Shown: positions 46,722-56,674 of the stretch, piece after piece
Layout of the letters: each line of letters starts with the position of its first letter
How positions within the stretch are numbered: the stretch's first letter is position 1
NCBI GenBank assembly: GCA_965227295.1
Contig: OZ245742.1
Coordinates: 672,001 to 736,000, forward strand
Reading direction: 5' to 3'
Length of the DNA: 64,000 nt
DNA from: Leptonemataceae bacterium
GTDB lineage: Bacteria; Spirochaetota; Leptospiria; Leptospirales; Leptonemataceae
Made by a program: the position numbers and the translations under genes
The notes under the pieces: generated by a model
What the model was told of the DNA's origin: nothing
Database searches by the model: none
What the model saw: only the letters and a program-made list of their open reading frames with translations

Positions 46722-46837
46722 AGGAACGATGTGCGGAGACGGGGCCGGGGCGTCACGAAAAAAGGGACGACGCAAAGCATCGTCCCTTTTCGCGTTCACC
46801 CCTTCCGCAGAAGAGGCGAAACAGTTTCGGTTCCGAA

Positions 46838-47368
46838 TTAGCTGTTCGGAGCCTTTACAACCTGAAAGGTTACACGGCGCTGCTTTTGATCCTTCGGATC
46901 GACGCCGGGCAGCAGTTGGGTGTCAGCAACACCTTTGTAGGTCATCTGGTTGGCCGGGATGCCGGCGCGGCGGAGGCCGTCGTAGACGCCTTTTGCACGC
47001 TGCTCGGACCAGTGGTAGTTGCCTTTCTTCCCGCCGGTCGCGTTACGCGGGCCGATGGTGCAGGTGTGGCCGGTTACCTGGATGACGTAGCCGGTTCCGA
47101 CTTGCGAAAGAGCCTGCTCGATTTGCGGTTTTGCGGCGCTGGCCCAGGTCGGGAAGTCCGAACCGGTAGCGGTGGCTTTGTAGCCGTAGCCGTTGTTGCG
47201 GGGGGAATAGCTGACAGACTGAAGTGCACGGTTTGCTACCGCCACACCGCCGGTTTCAACATTGCCGCCACGCTCCGTCGAATCGCTGGAGGAACATGCT
47301 GCGAAAAGAATGGAAGCCGCGAAAACGGCACCAACTGCGGTAATTTTTTTGCCAATTTTGAAATCCAT
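46838..47368 (-). CDS. loa22: Loa22-like OmpA-domain lipoprotein
   Basis: Lipobox FAAC; GYGYK...DF..W, TGHT..GP...KKGN..SE.RA, GIPAN, RRVTF as in Leptospira Loa22; strong AAGGAG RBS. Confidence 0.8.
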   Translation of the reverse strand: MDFKIGKKITAVGAVFAASILFAACSSSDSTERGGNVETGGVAVANRALQSVSYSPRNNGYGYKATATGSDFPTWASAAKPQIEQALSQVGTGYVIQVTGHTCTIGPRNATGGKKGNYHWSEQRAKGVYDGLRRAGIPANQMTYKGVADTQLLPGVDPKDQKQRRVTFQVVKAPNS

Positions 47369-47568
47369 GAGATTAAAAACTCCTTATCTCTCTACCTCGA
47401 CGCAGACGCTTCCGTTCTGGTTCGAACTCTTAAAGCGAGGAAGACACCGGATCGACGTCGATACTGCGAGAGGTACCCGGGTGAGTATCCTGTGTAAATA
47501 AAAAATCGCAGGCCTTTCCTTTGAAAAGGATTTTTTCGAAGATCGAGACGGCCGATAGACGGGAAAAC

Positions 47569-48531
47569 GTGAGTACGAAGCATACATTCCAGGTCCCTCC
47601 GGATTCCGAAGAAGAACGCCTCGACCAATGGCTGACGGCGCAATTGGGCGCGGAAGCCAGCCGCAGTCTTGTGCAAAAAGCCATCAAATCCGGTCGCGTA
47701 ACCGGAGAGGGGATCATCAACGCCCGGCGCAAAATCCAGCCGGGAGAAACGTACACGATCACCCTGGCGGAACCGGAGTCGTCTACGCGCATCGAACCGC
47801 GGCCGCTGGACTTGAACATGGTCTATGAAGACGCGGACCTGGCCGTATTGCACAAGCCGCCCGGCATTGCGGTCCATCCCGGGCCCGGGGATGATCGAAC
47901 CAGCATTGCCCACGGCATACTGCATCGGTGGGCGACTCTACAGAGCGAGTATGACGCTGCCGGAGACAGCGCGGGCAGTGAAGACTCACTGCGTCCGGGC
48001 ATCGTCCATCGCCTGGACCGGGATACAGAGGGTTTGCTCATCGTTGCGAAACATGCGAAGGCGCAGCGCCTGCTCTCGGAACAGTTTGCACGCCGGGAGG
48101 TGCGCAAAGAGTACACGGCCTGGCTGCACGGCGCCCCGCCGGCCGGCCGCGGTCGTTTTGAAGACCCCATCGCCCGCCATCCGAAGCATCGCCGGCGCAT
48201 GCGCATAGACCCGGCCGGTCGCTCCGCACTGACGGAGTACGAGGTCCGCGAGGCAGTCAACACCAGCCGCGGCCGAAAGTTCTGCCGGGTGGACATAAGA
48301 TTGCATACCGGTCGCACCCATCAGATCCGCGTGCACTTCAGCCACGCCGGCGCCCCGGTGGTCGGCGATCCACTGTACTCCCGGAGTCATCAGGACTACG
48401 CGGATTTCGGCATGCTTCTACTCGCACAACGCCTGGGCTTCACGCAACCTCTGACCGGGGCGGCCCTGGAATTTGCGCTGGAACTGCCGCCGCGCTTCCA
48501 GGATTTCGCCGGGCGCTGCCGGAACTTCTAG
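47569..48531 (+). CDS. RluA/RluD-family pseudouridine synthase with S4 domain
   Basis: RLDQWL..SRS, KPPGIAVHP, RPGIVHRLDRDTEG, TGRTHQIRVH, GDPLY. Confidence 0.92.
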   Translation: MSTKHTFQVPPDSEEERLDQWLTAQLGAEASRSLVQKAIKSGRVTGEGIINARRKIQPGETYTITLAEPESSTRIEPRPLDLNMVYEDADLAVLHKPPGIAVHPGPGDDRTSIAHGILHRWATLQSEYDAAGDSAGSEDSLRPGIVHRLDRDTEGLLIVAKHAKAQRLLSEQFARREVRKEYTAWLHGAPPAGRGRFEDPIARHPKHRRRMRIDPAGRSALTEYEVREAVNTSRGRKFCRVDIRLHTGRTHQIRVHFSHAGAPVVGDPLYSRSHQDYADFGMLLLAQRLGFTQPLTGAALEFALELPPRFQDFAGRCRNF

Positions 48532-50060
48532 AACGCCTCGCCCCGGGGATTCGGATGCGCCCGCGCGATCGTTTCCGATTCACGAGTGAGCAGTTGCGCC
48601 TCGCGCTGTTGTGCCGCCGCGGCCAGGTCGGCATCGAGGATGACGAACGTAACGTCGTCCTCAAAGTCGGCGCGGGGAGTGATCCAGTCACGCAGCCCTT
48701 CTTCCAGGCGGGCGGCGAAGGCGTCGGCATCGAGGTCGCGGTGACGGGCGGCAAAATCCCGCAAACGCTCCTCGCCCCAGATATCGCCCTTGCGATTGCG
48801 CGCCTCGGTGACACCGTCGGTGTAGAGGATGATGCGATCGCGCTCGTGCAACGGATCCTCAAAGGTCTCGACCTCGATGTCGGGACGCATGCCGAGGATC
48901 GTGCCGCGCCCGCGGCGAGCCTCCAGGACCGCGCCGCTGTCCCGATCGATGCGCAGTAGCGAAGGATGGCCGGCATGGGCGTAGACCAGCCGGCCGCTTT
49001 CGGGATCCACGCAAACCGCCGCCGCCGTAATGAACTGCTTGCGAAACTTACCGTAGAGCTCGCGGTTCATGGTCTCCAGCAGACGACCGGGCTCCGGCAT
49101 CAGATTCTGCCACTGACTCAACGAGACCTTGAGCATGCTGGCCACGAGCGCGGCTGCCACGCCATGGCCGGAGACATCGGCCAGCAGGACGCCGGTCCGA
49201 CCGGGCTCGAACGAAACGAAGTCGTAGAAGTCCCCGCCCACGGCCGCCATCGGCAGAAAGCTGCCATGAACCCGCAGGCCGTTGCACGACGGCGGGGCCC
49301 CGGGCAGAATGGAGAGCTGAATCTGCCGGGCGAATTCCAGTTCTCGCTGAAGGGCTTCCAGTTCCATTCGGCGACGGAGGGCGTGTTCCTCGCTGCGGCG
49401 CCGGGCGTCGGCGGATTCCACCAGGCGATGGATCATGTGGCGGGAGGTGGCCCCGATGTATCCAGAAATGATACCCAGCGCCAGGAAATAGGTGCAGAGG
49501 TTGAGCAGGCTAGCCAGGGTAAAGAATGGATACTCGTCCTGAATACCGGCCGGGGCAGTCAGGTATGCGTAGTAGAACAACAGGGCATACTGGATCGATG
49601 CCAGGCTGCCGGCGACGACTCCGATACTCATGGACTGCCCCAGCCCCGTGGCCGCGACCACCAGCATGGAAATGCCGGTGAACGCACCGGTGGTGATGCG
49701 CGGGTAGATCCACTCGCCGGGATTGTAGAGCCACTGACCGACGAAGAGCGTGAGCGGCAATGTGACCGGGAGCAGGTAGATTACGTAGAGCATGTAGGGA
49801 GAGATCCGCTCTTTGCCTTCGACGGCACGCTTGAGCATGTGAGAATCCCAGCCCAGCAGCAAACAATAGAGCGCGATGGTCGCTGTATTGATCTTTATAT
49901 TGAAGAAAGTCAGTTCTAATAGGGCGCCGACGTAGATCGTCAGAATCGACGCAACGCCCATGGCAATGACGAAACGCACGTAACGGAGAGCAGAGCGGGC
50001 GGACTCGCGCTGAAAGTCTGCATCCATCGCAGCGACATCGTTTCGCGCCCTACTGTTCAC
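48528..50060 (-). CDS. Membrane-bound SpoIIE/PP2C-type phosphatase
   Basis: About 6 TM segments; ELEFARQIQ, VGGDFYD, ADVSGHG, AGHP, YTDGVTE, DDVT. Confidence 0.9.
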   Translation of the reverse strand: MNSRARNDVAAMDADFQRESARSALRYVRFVIAMGVASILTIYVGALLELTFFNIKINTATIALYCLLLGWDSHMLKRAVEGKERISPYMLYVIYLLPVTLPLTLFVGQWLYNPGEWIYPRITTGAFTGISMLVVAATGLGQSMSIGVVAGSLASIQYALLFYYAYLTAPAGIQDEYPFFTLASLLNLCTYFLALGIISGYIGATSRHMIHRLVESADARRRSEEHALRRRMELEALQRELEFARQIQLSILPGAPPSCNGLRVHGSFLPMAAVGGDFYDFVSFEPGRTGVLLADVSGHGVAAALVASMLKVSLSQWQNLMPEPGRLLETMNRELYGKFRKQFITAAAVCVDPESGRLVYAHAGHPSLLRIDRDSGAVLEARRGRGTILGMRPDIEVETFEDPLHERDRIILYTDGVTEARNRKGDIWGEERLRDFAARHRDLDADAFAARLEEGLRDWITPRADFEDDVTFVILDADLAAAAQQREAQLLTRESETIARAHPNPRGEAF

Positions 50061-50114
50061 AGGTCACAAGTTAAGGTCGGCGCATCTCTTTTCAACTGCG
50101 TTCACTTAAATGCA

Positions 50115-50180
50115 TCGAATCCGCGGCAAGGCGCACCGTATCGATTCTGCAACAGGAGTGTCGAATCTGCAACAGATTCG
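50115..50180. promoter_or_regulatory. Direct repeats plus palindrome (possible activator/enhancer site)
   Basis: TCGATTCTGCAACAG (50141) and TCGAATCTGCAACAG (50161) at a 20-bp period, a weaker TCGAATCCGC at 50115, and palindrome CGAATCTG-CAA-CAGATTCG (50162-50180). Confidence 0.5.
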
Positions 50181-50222
50181 GCCATCCGGGCCCGTCGGAC
50201 ACGAGCATCGATCGCAAAAAAG

Positions 50223-50231
50223 TTATCCACA
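50223..50231 (+). promoter_or_regulatory. Single consensus DnaA box
   Basis: TTATCCACA in intergenic DNA. Confidence 0.3.
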
Positions 50232-50327
50232 CCCCCTTCGTGGCCTGCGCCCTGTAATCGGTGCCAGGCCCCCATTTGTGGCACTCCGTGGTTAAAAACT
50301 CCCGGCCAGGCAAGGTCGGACAACGGG

Positions 50328-50344
50328 TTGGTACGCTTGTTGCT
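50328..50344 (+). promoter_or_regulatory. sigma54 (-24/-12) promoter upstream of lpxC
   Basis: TTGGTACG-CTTG-TTGCT: GG-N10-GC spacing, one mismatch to TGGCACG-N4-TTGCW. Confidence 0.65.
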
Positions 50345-50422
50345 TTACGCAGTGCAGAAAAGAAATGTAGCAGCGCGTCACACTGGCGTCACGCGCAGCA
50401 CTTTACGCGATACGGTATCATT

Positions 50423-51361
50423 ATGAATTATTCCAGACGCACGGATCTCTCGAATGCACGCAGCAACAGCAGCTCTGCTCTGATGGAGGCTCCGGCGGCT
50501 CTCTTCCGTCGCACGGTCCAGGATGAGCTCACGGTCGCCGGCATCGGCCTCCACTCCGGCGAGACCGTCAGCATGCGACTCATTCCCGCGCCCGCTGGAA
50601 CCGGCCTCATCTTCCGCAACAAAGACGCCTCCCTCGGCGAGATTGAAGTCAATCCCTTCAAGGTCGTAAACACGCTGAACGCCGTCACCGTTTCCAACGG
50701 CAAATGGCACGTGCAAACCATCGAGCACCTGCTGGCGGGCCTGGCCACGGCGGGCATTACGGATCTTTACATCGAACTGGATAGCTCCGAAATCCCGATC
50801 ATGGACGGTTCGTCGCAGAAATTCTACGAGGCTGTGCTGGAGGCCGGAGTCCGAGAATTCGAGGACGTCCTTGAACCGATCCGCCTGACCAATGCCGTGT
50901 GGGTCGTCGAAGGCGACAAATACCTGGTAGCCCTCCCCCACGATTCCTTCCGCGTTTCTTACAATATCGATTACAACCACCCGCTGCTCCGCGGCAAAAG
51001 CATCACCATCGACCTGGACGAGTCCGTCCTGGCCGACGAAATCCTGCCCGCACGGACCTTCGGCTTTCTGCGGGACGTCGAGATGCTGAAATCCAAAGGC
51101 CTCATCAAAGGCGGTTCCATCGACAACGCGATCGTGCTCACCGAGGACGGCGTGCTGAATGAGGACCTGCGCTACCCGGAAGAATGCATCCGGCACAAGG
51201 TCCTGGACCTGGTCGGGGACCTGTATCTCCTGGGTCGTCCGATCCACGCCCACGTCATTGCTTCGAAGGCCGGCCACGGCCTGGATGTGGCCCTGGCACG
51301 GCGCATCCTCACGCAGGTTTCCGTCGATGAGCTCGCCCGGAAGCGCGCCGAACGCGGCTGA
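50423..51361 (+). CDS. lpxC: UDP-3-O-acyl-N-acetylglucosamine deacetylase
   Basis: GIGLHSG, TIEHLLA, EIPIMDGS, ARTFGF, GGS.DNA, RHKVLDLVGDL, GH. Confidence 0.95.
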   Translation: MNYSRRTDLSNARSNSSSALMEAPAALFRRTVQDELTVAGIGLHSGETVSMRLIPAPAGTGLIFRNKDASLGEIEVNPFKVVNTLNAVTVSNGKWHVQTIEHLLAGLATAGITDLYIELDSSEIPIMDGSSQKFYEAVLEAGVREFEDVLEPIRLTNAVWVVEGDKYLVALPHDSFRVSYNIDYNHPLLRGKSITIDLDESVLADEILPARTFGFLRDVEMLKSKGLIKGGSIDNAIVLTEDGVLNEDLRYPEECIRHKVLDLVGDLYLLGRPIHAHVIASKAGHGLDVALARRILTQVSVDELARKRAERG

Positions 51362-51562
51362 ATCCTGAGGCGCGTCGGACGGCGCGCGTCTCCGTTTCTC
51401 ATTGCAGGCGTAACGAAACGGAAATAAATTACTATTGACACTCCCCGATTGCCGATGATTGTACCAAAGTACGCAGGTACACACCGGTAGCGTATGTACG
51501 CCCGGTGACTCCGCTGCTTAAATATAAAACATACAGCAGTATGCGTCGGCGGGGAGGGTTCT

Positions 51563-54500
51563 GTGGAAGCGATCAGCCGGTTTCTCACCGATCACAACGT
51601 CTACTTTAACTACTTTTCGTTCGCCAATCTCCTGGGATTCGTCTTCACGTTTTTCCTGGGCCTCTTCCTGGTAACACTGCCGAACCGTTCGAAGAGTACG
51701 AACCACCTGGGCATCTCGTTTCTGTTTCTGGCGCCCTTCTACCTGGCGTATGTCTTCGCCCACGCGTACTACGGCCCCGCGGCCGCCTACCACCGCTGGG
51801 TGACCGTCGGTGTCATTCTCATTCCGTTCATCCATTTTGTACAGTGGGCCCTCAAGTACCCGCGCAACGACTACCCCGTTGCCGGCTGGCTGTTCGCCGT
51901 CATGCAGTACCTCATTCTCCTGGCGAGTCTCGTGCTGTTCATCGGCATTACCAATAGTTCCGGGGTGAAGTTCCTCTTTACGGCACATCACTGGGACTTT
52001 GACGCGGACTTCTTCAGTGAACGCTACGGCGCCGTCATTTTATTGTACATCGTAATCTTCCTCGCCGTCGGAGTCTTTCGCACCATCTCCGTAAAAACGA
52101 AGGAGCGCTGGACCATTCTGGCCATCGTAATCGCCATTATGATCGCGGCGATCCTTCCGGCACCGCTCAACATCATGAGTCGCGGCGGTTACGTACCGCG
52201 CGGATTCTTCGTCACGGTTTTCGTGATCATGACGGTCCTCGGTTACTTCCTGGTCACGGTGATCTACATCAACCGTACCGAAGACCGCACCACCTTCATG
52301 GTGAAGATCGTCGGAATCTCTCTCGTAACGTTTCTGTTGATGATGCAGGCCATCAGCCTTGTTTCTCTTGAGGACCGCGAAGACGAGTACGACGCCCTGC
52401 ACGTGGAGTACACTCAGCGCGTCCTGGAAGGCGGCTCTCGCAATCCGGACATTCAGTACATTATCCGCTACGACTTACAGACCGGCCAGGCCGAACAAAG
52501 ATTTCCCGCAGCACCGATGCCGGTATCCTTCGAAGAGAACAAAGAAGACCTGGCAAACACCGCCGTCTACGAAGACCTGAAACGACTGCCCGAGGTCGGC
52601 TTCGGCGAGCAAGTGCAGTCCTACTTCGCGGAAAATTCTACGCATCCGTTCTTCGCCGGCTATCGCACCGCGATTCTGAATTTCATCGAAAGCTCCGAGG
52701 CCGAAGACGACGCCCTGGCGGACGCCACGGAGGCGTTCTTCAAGGACGTGAACATCACGACCCGGGTGAATCGCATTAAGATCAACAAGCTGCCCGACGA
52801 CGGCTTTCGCGCGCACCTGAACCGCCACCTTACGGAAGCCGAAGCGGAGTTCGCCCCCTTCGCGGCGGAGATCGATCGATTCCAGAAGAACCGCGAGGAA
52901 CTAAAAGACGCCGCGCTGAAACGCGAAGTTGTGCGCTTCCTCGCTCCGCTCAAACCCGAGTACGCCCGACACTTCCGTAAAGCCGATATCGAAAACTACG
53001 AAGAATTCCGGCACTTTACCGCCTTCACGCAGTACGATCGCAAACAGAACGCGGTCTACGAGGTCGGCTATTCGTACATCAACTATCGCAAGTACATTCA
53101 CGAGTCGGCCTTTACGCAGAAGATTATTCTGCTCGGCGTGCTCTTCGTACTGCTCGTCATTTTTCCGCTGTTCTTTCGCGGTTCGTTGATCAACCCGCTC
53201 AACAATCTGCTCTCCGGCGTGAAGCAGGTGAACGACGGCGACCTCTCGGTTCAGGTGCCCATCAAAGTCCAGGACGAGATCGGCTTTCTGGCCGGCTCGT
53301 TCAACAGCATGGTGGTTTCCATCCGTGACGCCCGGGAGAAACTCCAGGACTACGCTAACAATCTCGAAGAGAAAGTTAAGGAACGCACCGCTGAGTTGAA
53401 CCAGACCCTGGAAGAAGTGCGGGCCCTGAAGACCCAGCAGGACGGCGACTATTATCTCACGTCTCTGCTACAAAAGCCGCTGAACTACGATGCCAACAAG
53501 TCCGACCGCATCACGACGGACTTCTACATCAAACAGAAGAAGCGCTTCGAATTCCGCAGCAAACCGGGCGATCTCGGCGGCGACATCTGCGTTACCGGCA
53601 ACCTGCGCCTGGGAACGCCGGACAACTATCGACGCTATGTCGTCGCGGTGAACGGCGACGCCATGGGTAAGTCCATGCAGGGCGCCGGTGGTTCTCTGGT
53701 GATGGGTGTTGTAATGAACTCCATCCTGGCCCGCTCGGCGAAGGGCGACCGCATTCTCGACAGCACGCCGCAGCAATGGTTGACGGACGTTTACGACGAG
53801 GTCCACGGCGTGTTCACGGCCTTCAACGGCTCCATGGTCATCTCCGCGGTCATCGCGGTGGTCGACGAAGAGAGCGGTGAGATGTGGTACTTCAACGCCG
53901 AGCACCCGTATTCGGTAATCTATCGCAACGGCAAGGCTTCGTTCGTAGAAGAGGAACTACAGTTACGCAAGCTCGGCCTGGAATCCGAGATTCCCTTCGC
54001 GGTGCATTACTTCAAACTGGAACCCGGCGACATTCTGTACATGGGATCGGACGGTCGCGACGACCTGGATCTTACGCCGGACCAACCGGTCCGCACGATC
54101 AACGAGGACGAGTTCCTGTTTCTCAAACGCGTCGAAGAGGCCGACGGCGACATCGATCTCCTGGTGGAAGGCCTCTCCAGTCACGGCGGATTCACGGACG
54201 ACCTCTCGCTCTTACGCATCGCCTTCACCAACGTGCCGGCGCGCTCCCTCGATGACGACATCCCCGACGTGACCGAAGAAGGCGCCGACAACGAAGTCCG
54301 CCCGCCGGTCATCGACATCGACGTGCTCGACGAAGAGGAGCGCGCGTTCGAGGCGAGCATCTCCGGACGCGACGCCTCCGGCGACGATGAAGCTTTCAGC
54401 GGACTCGGCGCAGAGTTCGACGCGCTCTTAAGTGAAGGACGCGCCCTGGCCCGGGACGGCAAACACGCCGAGGCCCTGAACGTGCTGGATCGCGCCTACG

Positions 54501-54859
54501 CCATGCGCCAGGATGTACCCGCGCTGAACAAGATTCTTGCGGTGCTCACATTCAAAGAACGCGACTACGAAAAGGCCATCGAGATCCTCGACCAATACCT
54601 GGAGCACGATCCCGGCATTGTCGACTTCTGGCTGTATCTGTCCATTTCACTGAAGCGCACGGGCGAACTCCAGCGCGCGCTGCGTGCCGGCGAGAAGGTC
54701 CACAGCCTGGACTCCGAACGCGTGGTGAACTTGATCAACCTGGCCGACATCCATCAGAAACTCGGCAACGGCGAACGCGCCCGGGAATTTCTTGATCGCG
54801 CTCTCGAACTGGACCCGCAGAATCGCCAGGCACGCACTCTGAGTTCAGCCATTTCTTAA
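51563..54859 (+). CDS. Large membrane SpoIIE phosphatase (multi-TM, HAMP, PP2C, C-terminal TPR), Leptospira type
   Basis: About 8 N-terminal TM segments, HAMP (DEIGFLAGSFN), QDGDYYLTSLL, LGGDIC, GDAMGKSMQGAGG, NAEHP, GSDGRDD, TDDLS, TPRs. Confidence 0.9.
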   Translation: MEAISRFLTDHNVYFNYFSFANLLGFVFTFFLGLFLVTLPNRSKSTNHLGISFLFLAPFYLAYVFAHAYYGPAAAYHRWVTVGVILIPFIHFVQWALKYPRNDYPVAGWLFAVMQYLILLASLVLFIGITNSSGVKFLFTAHHWDFDADFFSERYGAVILLYIVIFLAVGVFRTISVKTKERWTILAIVIAIMIAAILPAPLNIMSRGGYVPRGFFVTVFVIMTVLGYFLVTVIYINRTEDRTTFMVKIVGISLVTFLLMMQAISLVSLEDREDEYDALHVEYTQRVLEGGSRNPDIQYIIRYDLQTGQAEQRFPAAPMPVSFEENKEDLANTAVYEDLKRLPEVGFGEQVQSYFAENSTHPFFAGYRTAILNFIESSEAEDDALADATEAFFKDVNITTRVNRIKINKLPDDGFRAHLNRHLTEAEAEFAPFAAEIDRFQKNREELKDAALKREVVRFLAPLKPEYARHFRKADIENYEEFRHFTAFTQYDRKQNAVYEVGYSYINYRKYIHESAFTQKIILLGVLFVLLVIFPLFFRGSLINPLNNLLSGVKQVNDGDLSVQVPIKVQDEIGFLAGSFNSMVVSIRDAREKLQDYANNLEEKVKERTAELNQTLEEVRALKTQQDGDYYLTSLLQKPLNYDANKSDRITTDFYIKQKKRFEFRSKPGDLGGDICVTGNLRLGTPDNYRRYVVAVNGDAMGKSMQGAGGSLVMGVVMNSILARSAKGDRILDSTPQQWLTDVYDEVHGVFTAFNGSMVISAVIAVVDEESGEMWYFNAEHPYSVIYRNGKASFVEEELQLRKLGLESEIPFAVHYFKLEPGDILYMGSDGRDDLDLTPDQPVRTINEDEFLFLKRVEEADGDIDLLVEGLSSHGGFTDDLSLLRIAFTNVPARSLDDDIPDVTEEGADNEVRPPVIDIDVLDEEERAFEASISGRDASGDDEAFSGLGAEFDALLSEGRALARDGKHAEALNVLDRAYAMRQDVPALNKILAVLTFKERDYEKAIEILDQYLEHDPGIVDFWLYLSISLKRTGELQRALRAGEKVHSLDSERVVNLINLADIHQKLGNGERAREFLDRALELDPQNRQARTLSSAIS

Positions 54860-54868
54860 TATTCACGC

Positions 54869-56197
54869 ATGATCGTCCGCTTTGAACACGTTTATGAACG
54901 CATTCGTTCCATTGATCGCGACATCGCGGAACTGAAACGCCTGAAGGCCCGGCTGCCCGAGGCCCGCAGCTTCACCGTGGCCATGCAGGTGGCCTTCGAC
55001 AAACAGATCAGCCGCCTCCTCGAAGAAAAGATCGCGCTCCAGGATCTTGAAATCGAAAGTCCGTCCGAGGATTTACTCAGTACCATCTTCCAGGCCGACA
55101 TGGTCACCGCCTCGCAAATCCGCGGGGACCGCGCGGAACTGGAAGCCCTGGCCGCCGAGGAGATCTCGAAGAGCGACCAGAACGTACTCGCCTTCATCCG
55201 CGAGATGCCGAAAACCGAGATCCATCTGCACATGGAAGCGTGCATCTCCAAAGAGACCCTGGCCGGCATGTTCGAAAAGAACAAGATCGACTACAGCATG
55301 GAAGAACTGGAAAAGATGTACCAGTTCACCGACCTCAGCGGCTTCATTAAGCTCTTTCTGTTCATCCTCGACGCCATCAAAACCCCCGACGACTTCGAGT
55401 TGATCTTCCTGAACCTGCGCAACTACTGCGAGGCCAACAACATCCGTTACGCCGAGGTGTTTCTCGCACCGTCGCGCATGATTCAAAACGGCCTCGACTT
55501 CAACGAGATTGCCCAGACCCTCGATCGCGTCGCCAACGAGTGCCGCCGCGACGGCGGCCCCGAGGTCAAGTACCTCATCGATGTGTCGCGGACCTTCGGC
55601 GCCGAGAACGCGAGCAAAAACCTGCAACGCATTATCCGCGCGAAGGCGACGAACATCATCGGCATCGGCCTCGGCGGAGCGGAGTTGATGGGACCGGCCA
55701 GATTGTTCGGCGACGTCTTCGCCCAGGCGCGCGCCCACGGTTTGCGCGCGGTGTGTCACGCCGGCGAAGACGACGGCCCCTGGTCGGTCCGCGACTCGGT
55801 GGAGATTCTCAAGGCCGAACGCATCGGCCACGCCACGTCGGCGATCCAGGATCCCGATCTCATCGAACTCCTCAAGGATACCGAAACGCCCATCGAAGCC
55901 TGCCTCACCTCGAATCTCTTTACCGGCAAGTACGTGCGCCGCCCCGAGGATCATCCCGTCCGTCGTTACTACGACGAGGGCCTGGTCTGCACGGTGAACA
56001 CCGACGATCCGGAAATCTTCAACGTGAACTTAAGCGACGAGTTCTTTAAGTACTACAAGCACCTGGACTTCACGGTTAGCGAGATCATCGATCTGAATCG
56101 CCAGGGTGTGGCTTCCACCTTTCACGACGGCCGCGCAAAGATGTGGAAGGACTTCAGCAAAGAAATCCAGAAGCTTCGCAAGAAATACGCGGTGTAA
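54869..56197 (+). CDS. add: Adenosine/adenine deaminase with ~110-aa N-terminal helical extension
   Basis: PKTEIHLHME, YAEVF, HAGE, RIGHA, C.TSN, NTDDP. Confidence 0.88.
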   Translation: MIVRFEHVYERIRSIDRDIAELKRLKARLPEARSFTVAMQVAFDKQISRLLEEKIALQDLEIESPSEDLLSTIFQADMVTASQIRGDRAELEALAAEEISKSDQNVLAFIREMPKTEIHLHMEACISKETLAGMFEKNKIDYSMEELEKMYQFTDLSGFIKLFLFILDAIKTPDDFELIFLNLRNYCEANNIRYAEVFLAPSRMIQNGLDFNEIAQTLDRVANECRRDGGPEVKYLIDVSRTFGAENASKNLQRIIRAKATNIIGIGLGGAELMGPARLFGDVFAQARAHGLRAVCHAGEDDGPWSVRDSVEILKAERIGHATSAIQDPDLIELLKDTETPIEACLTSNLFTGKYVRRPEDHPVRRYYDEGLVCTVNTDDPEIFNVNLSDEFFKYYKHLDFTVSEIIDLNRQGVASTFHDGRAKMWKDFSKEIQKLRKKYAV

Positions 56198-56200
56198 GGC

Positions 56201-56674
56201 TCAGTATTCCTGCGGCAGGCACGGATACAGGACCACCACCCGACACCGCCCCGGCTCGTCGTAGAAGTGATTCCGCACCACGGCCCGATCCAGGCAACGC
56301 TTCCAGGGCCCGCCGGCGCTCATGCTCAGACGCAGGGCCCACTCGGCCTGGGGCTGCCAGTCTCGATCGGTAAGGCTGAGCCACTTGGTGTGGCTGTGGA
56401 TCAGGGCATCCTCGCGGCAGCGCTTCCGCCGCTCGCGTAAGGTCAGAAAGCGCAGCCCGGTTTTACTCTTGCCGTCCGCCGCAGCATTGTCGATGTACTC
56501 TTTAACGGGCGGCAGGTCCGCTTCGCCCTGGATCTGAACGTAGTTTCCGGTGAAGTAGTAGTCCTGGTCGATCAGCGCCGGCTCGATATTCGGCGGCGTG
56601 CCGCGCAGATAGGCGCACCGACCGGCCGCGGTCCACGTCAGAGTCAACAGTAGTAAGATGATGCAACGATTCAT
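56201..56674 (-). CDS. Putative lipoprotein, hypothetical
   Basis: MNRCIILLLLTLTWTAAGRC signal; several Cys; fills the gap between add and the vWA gene. Confidence 0.6.
   Translation of the reverse strand: MNRCIILLLLTLTWTAAGRCAYLRGTPPNIEPALIDQDYYFTGNYVQIQGEADLPPVKEYIDNAAADGKSKTGLRFLTLRERRKRCREDALIHSHTKWLSLTDRDWQPQAEWALRLSMSAGGPWKRCLDRAVVRNHFYDEPGRCRVVVLYPCLPQEY

Noticed and set aside
50223-50231. DnaA box as a sign of oriC
   Set aside because: Single box, with no cluster, DUE or dnaA/dnaN/gidA nearby.
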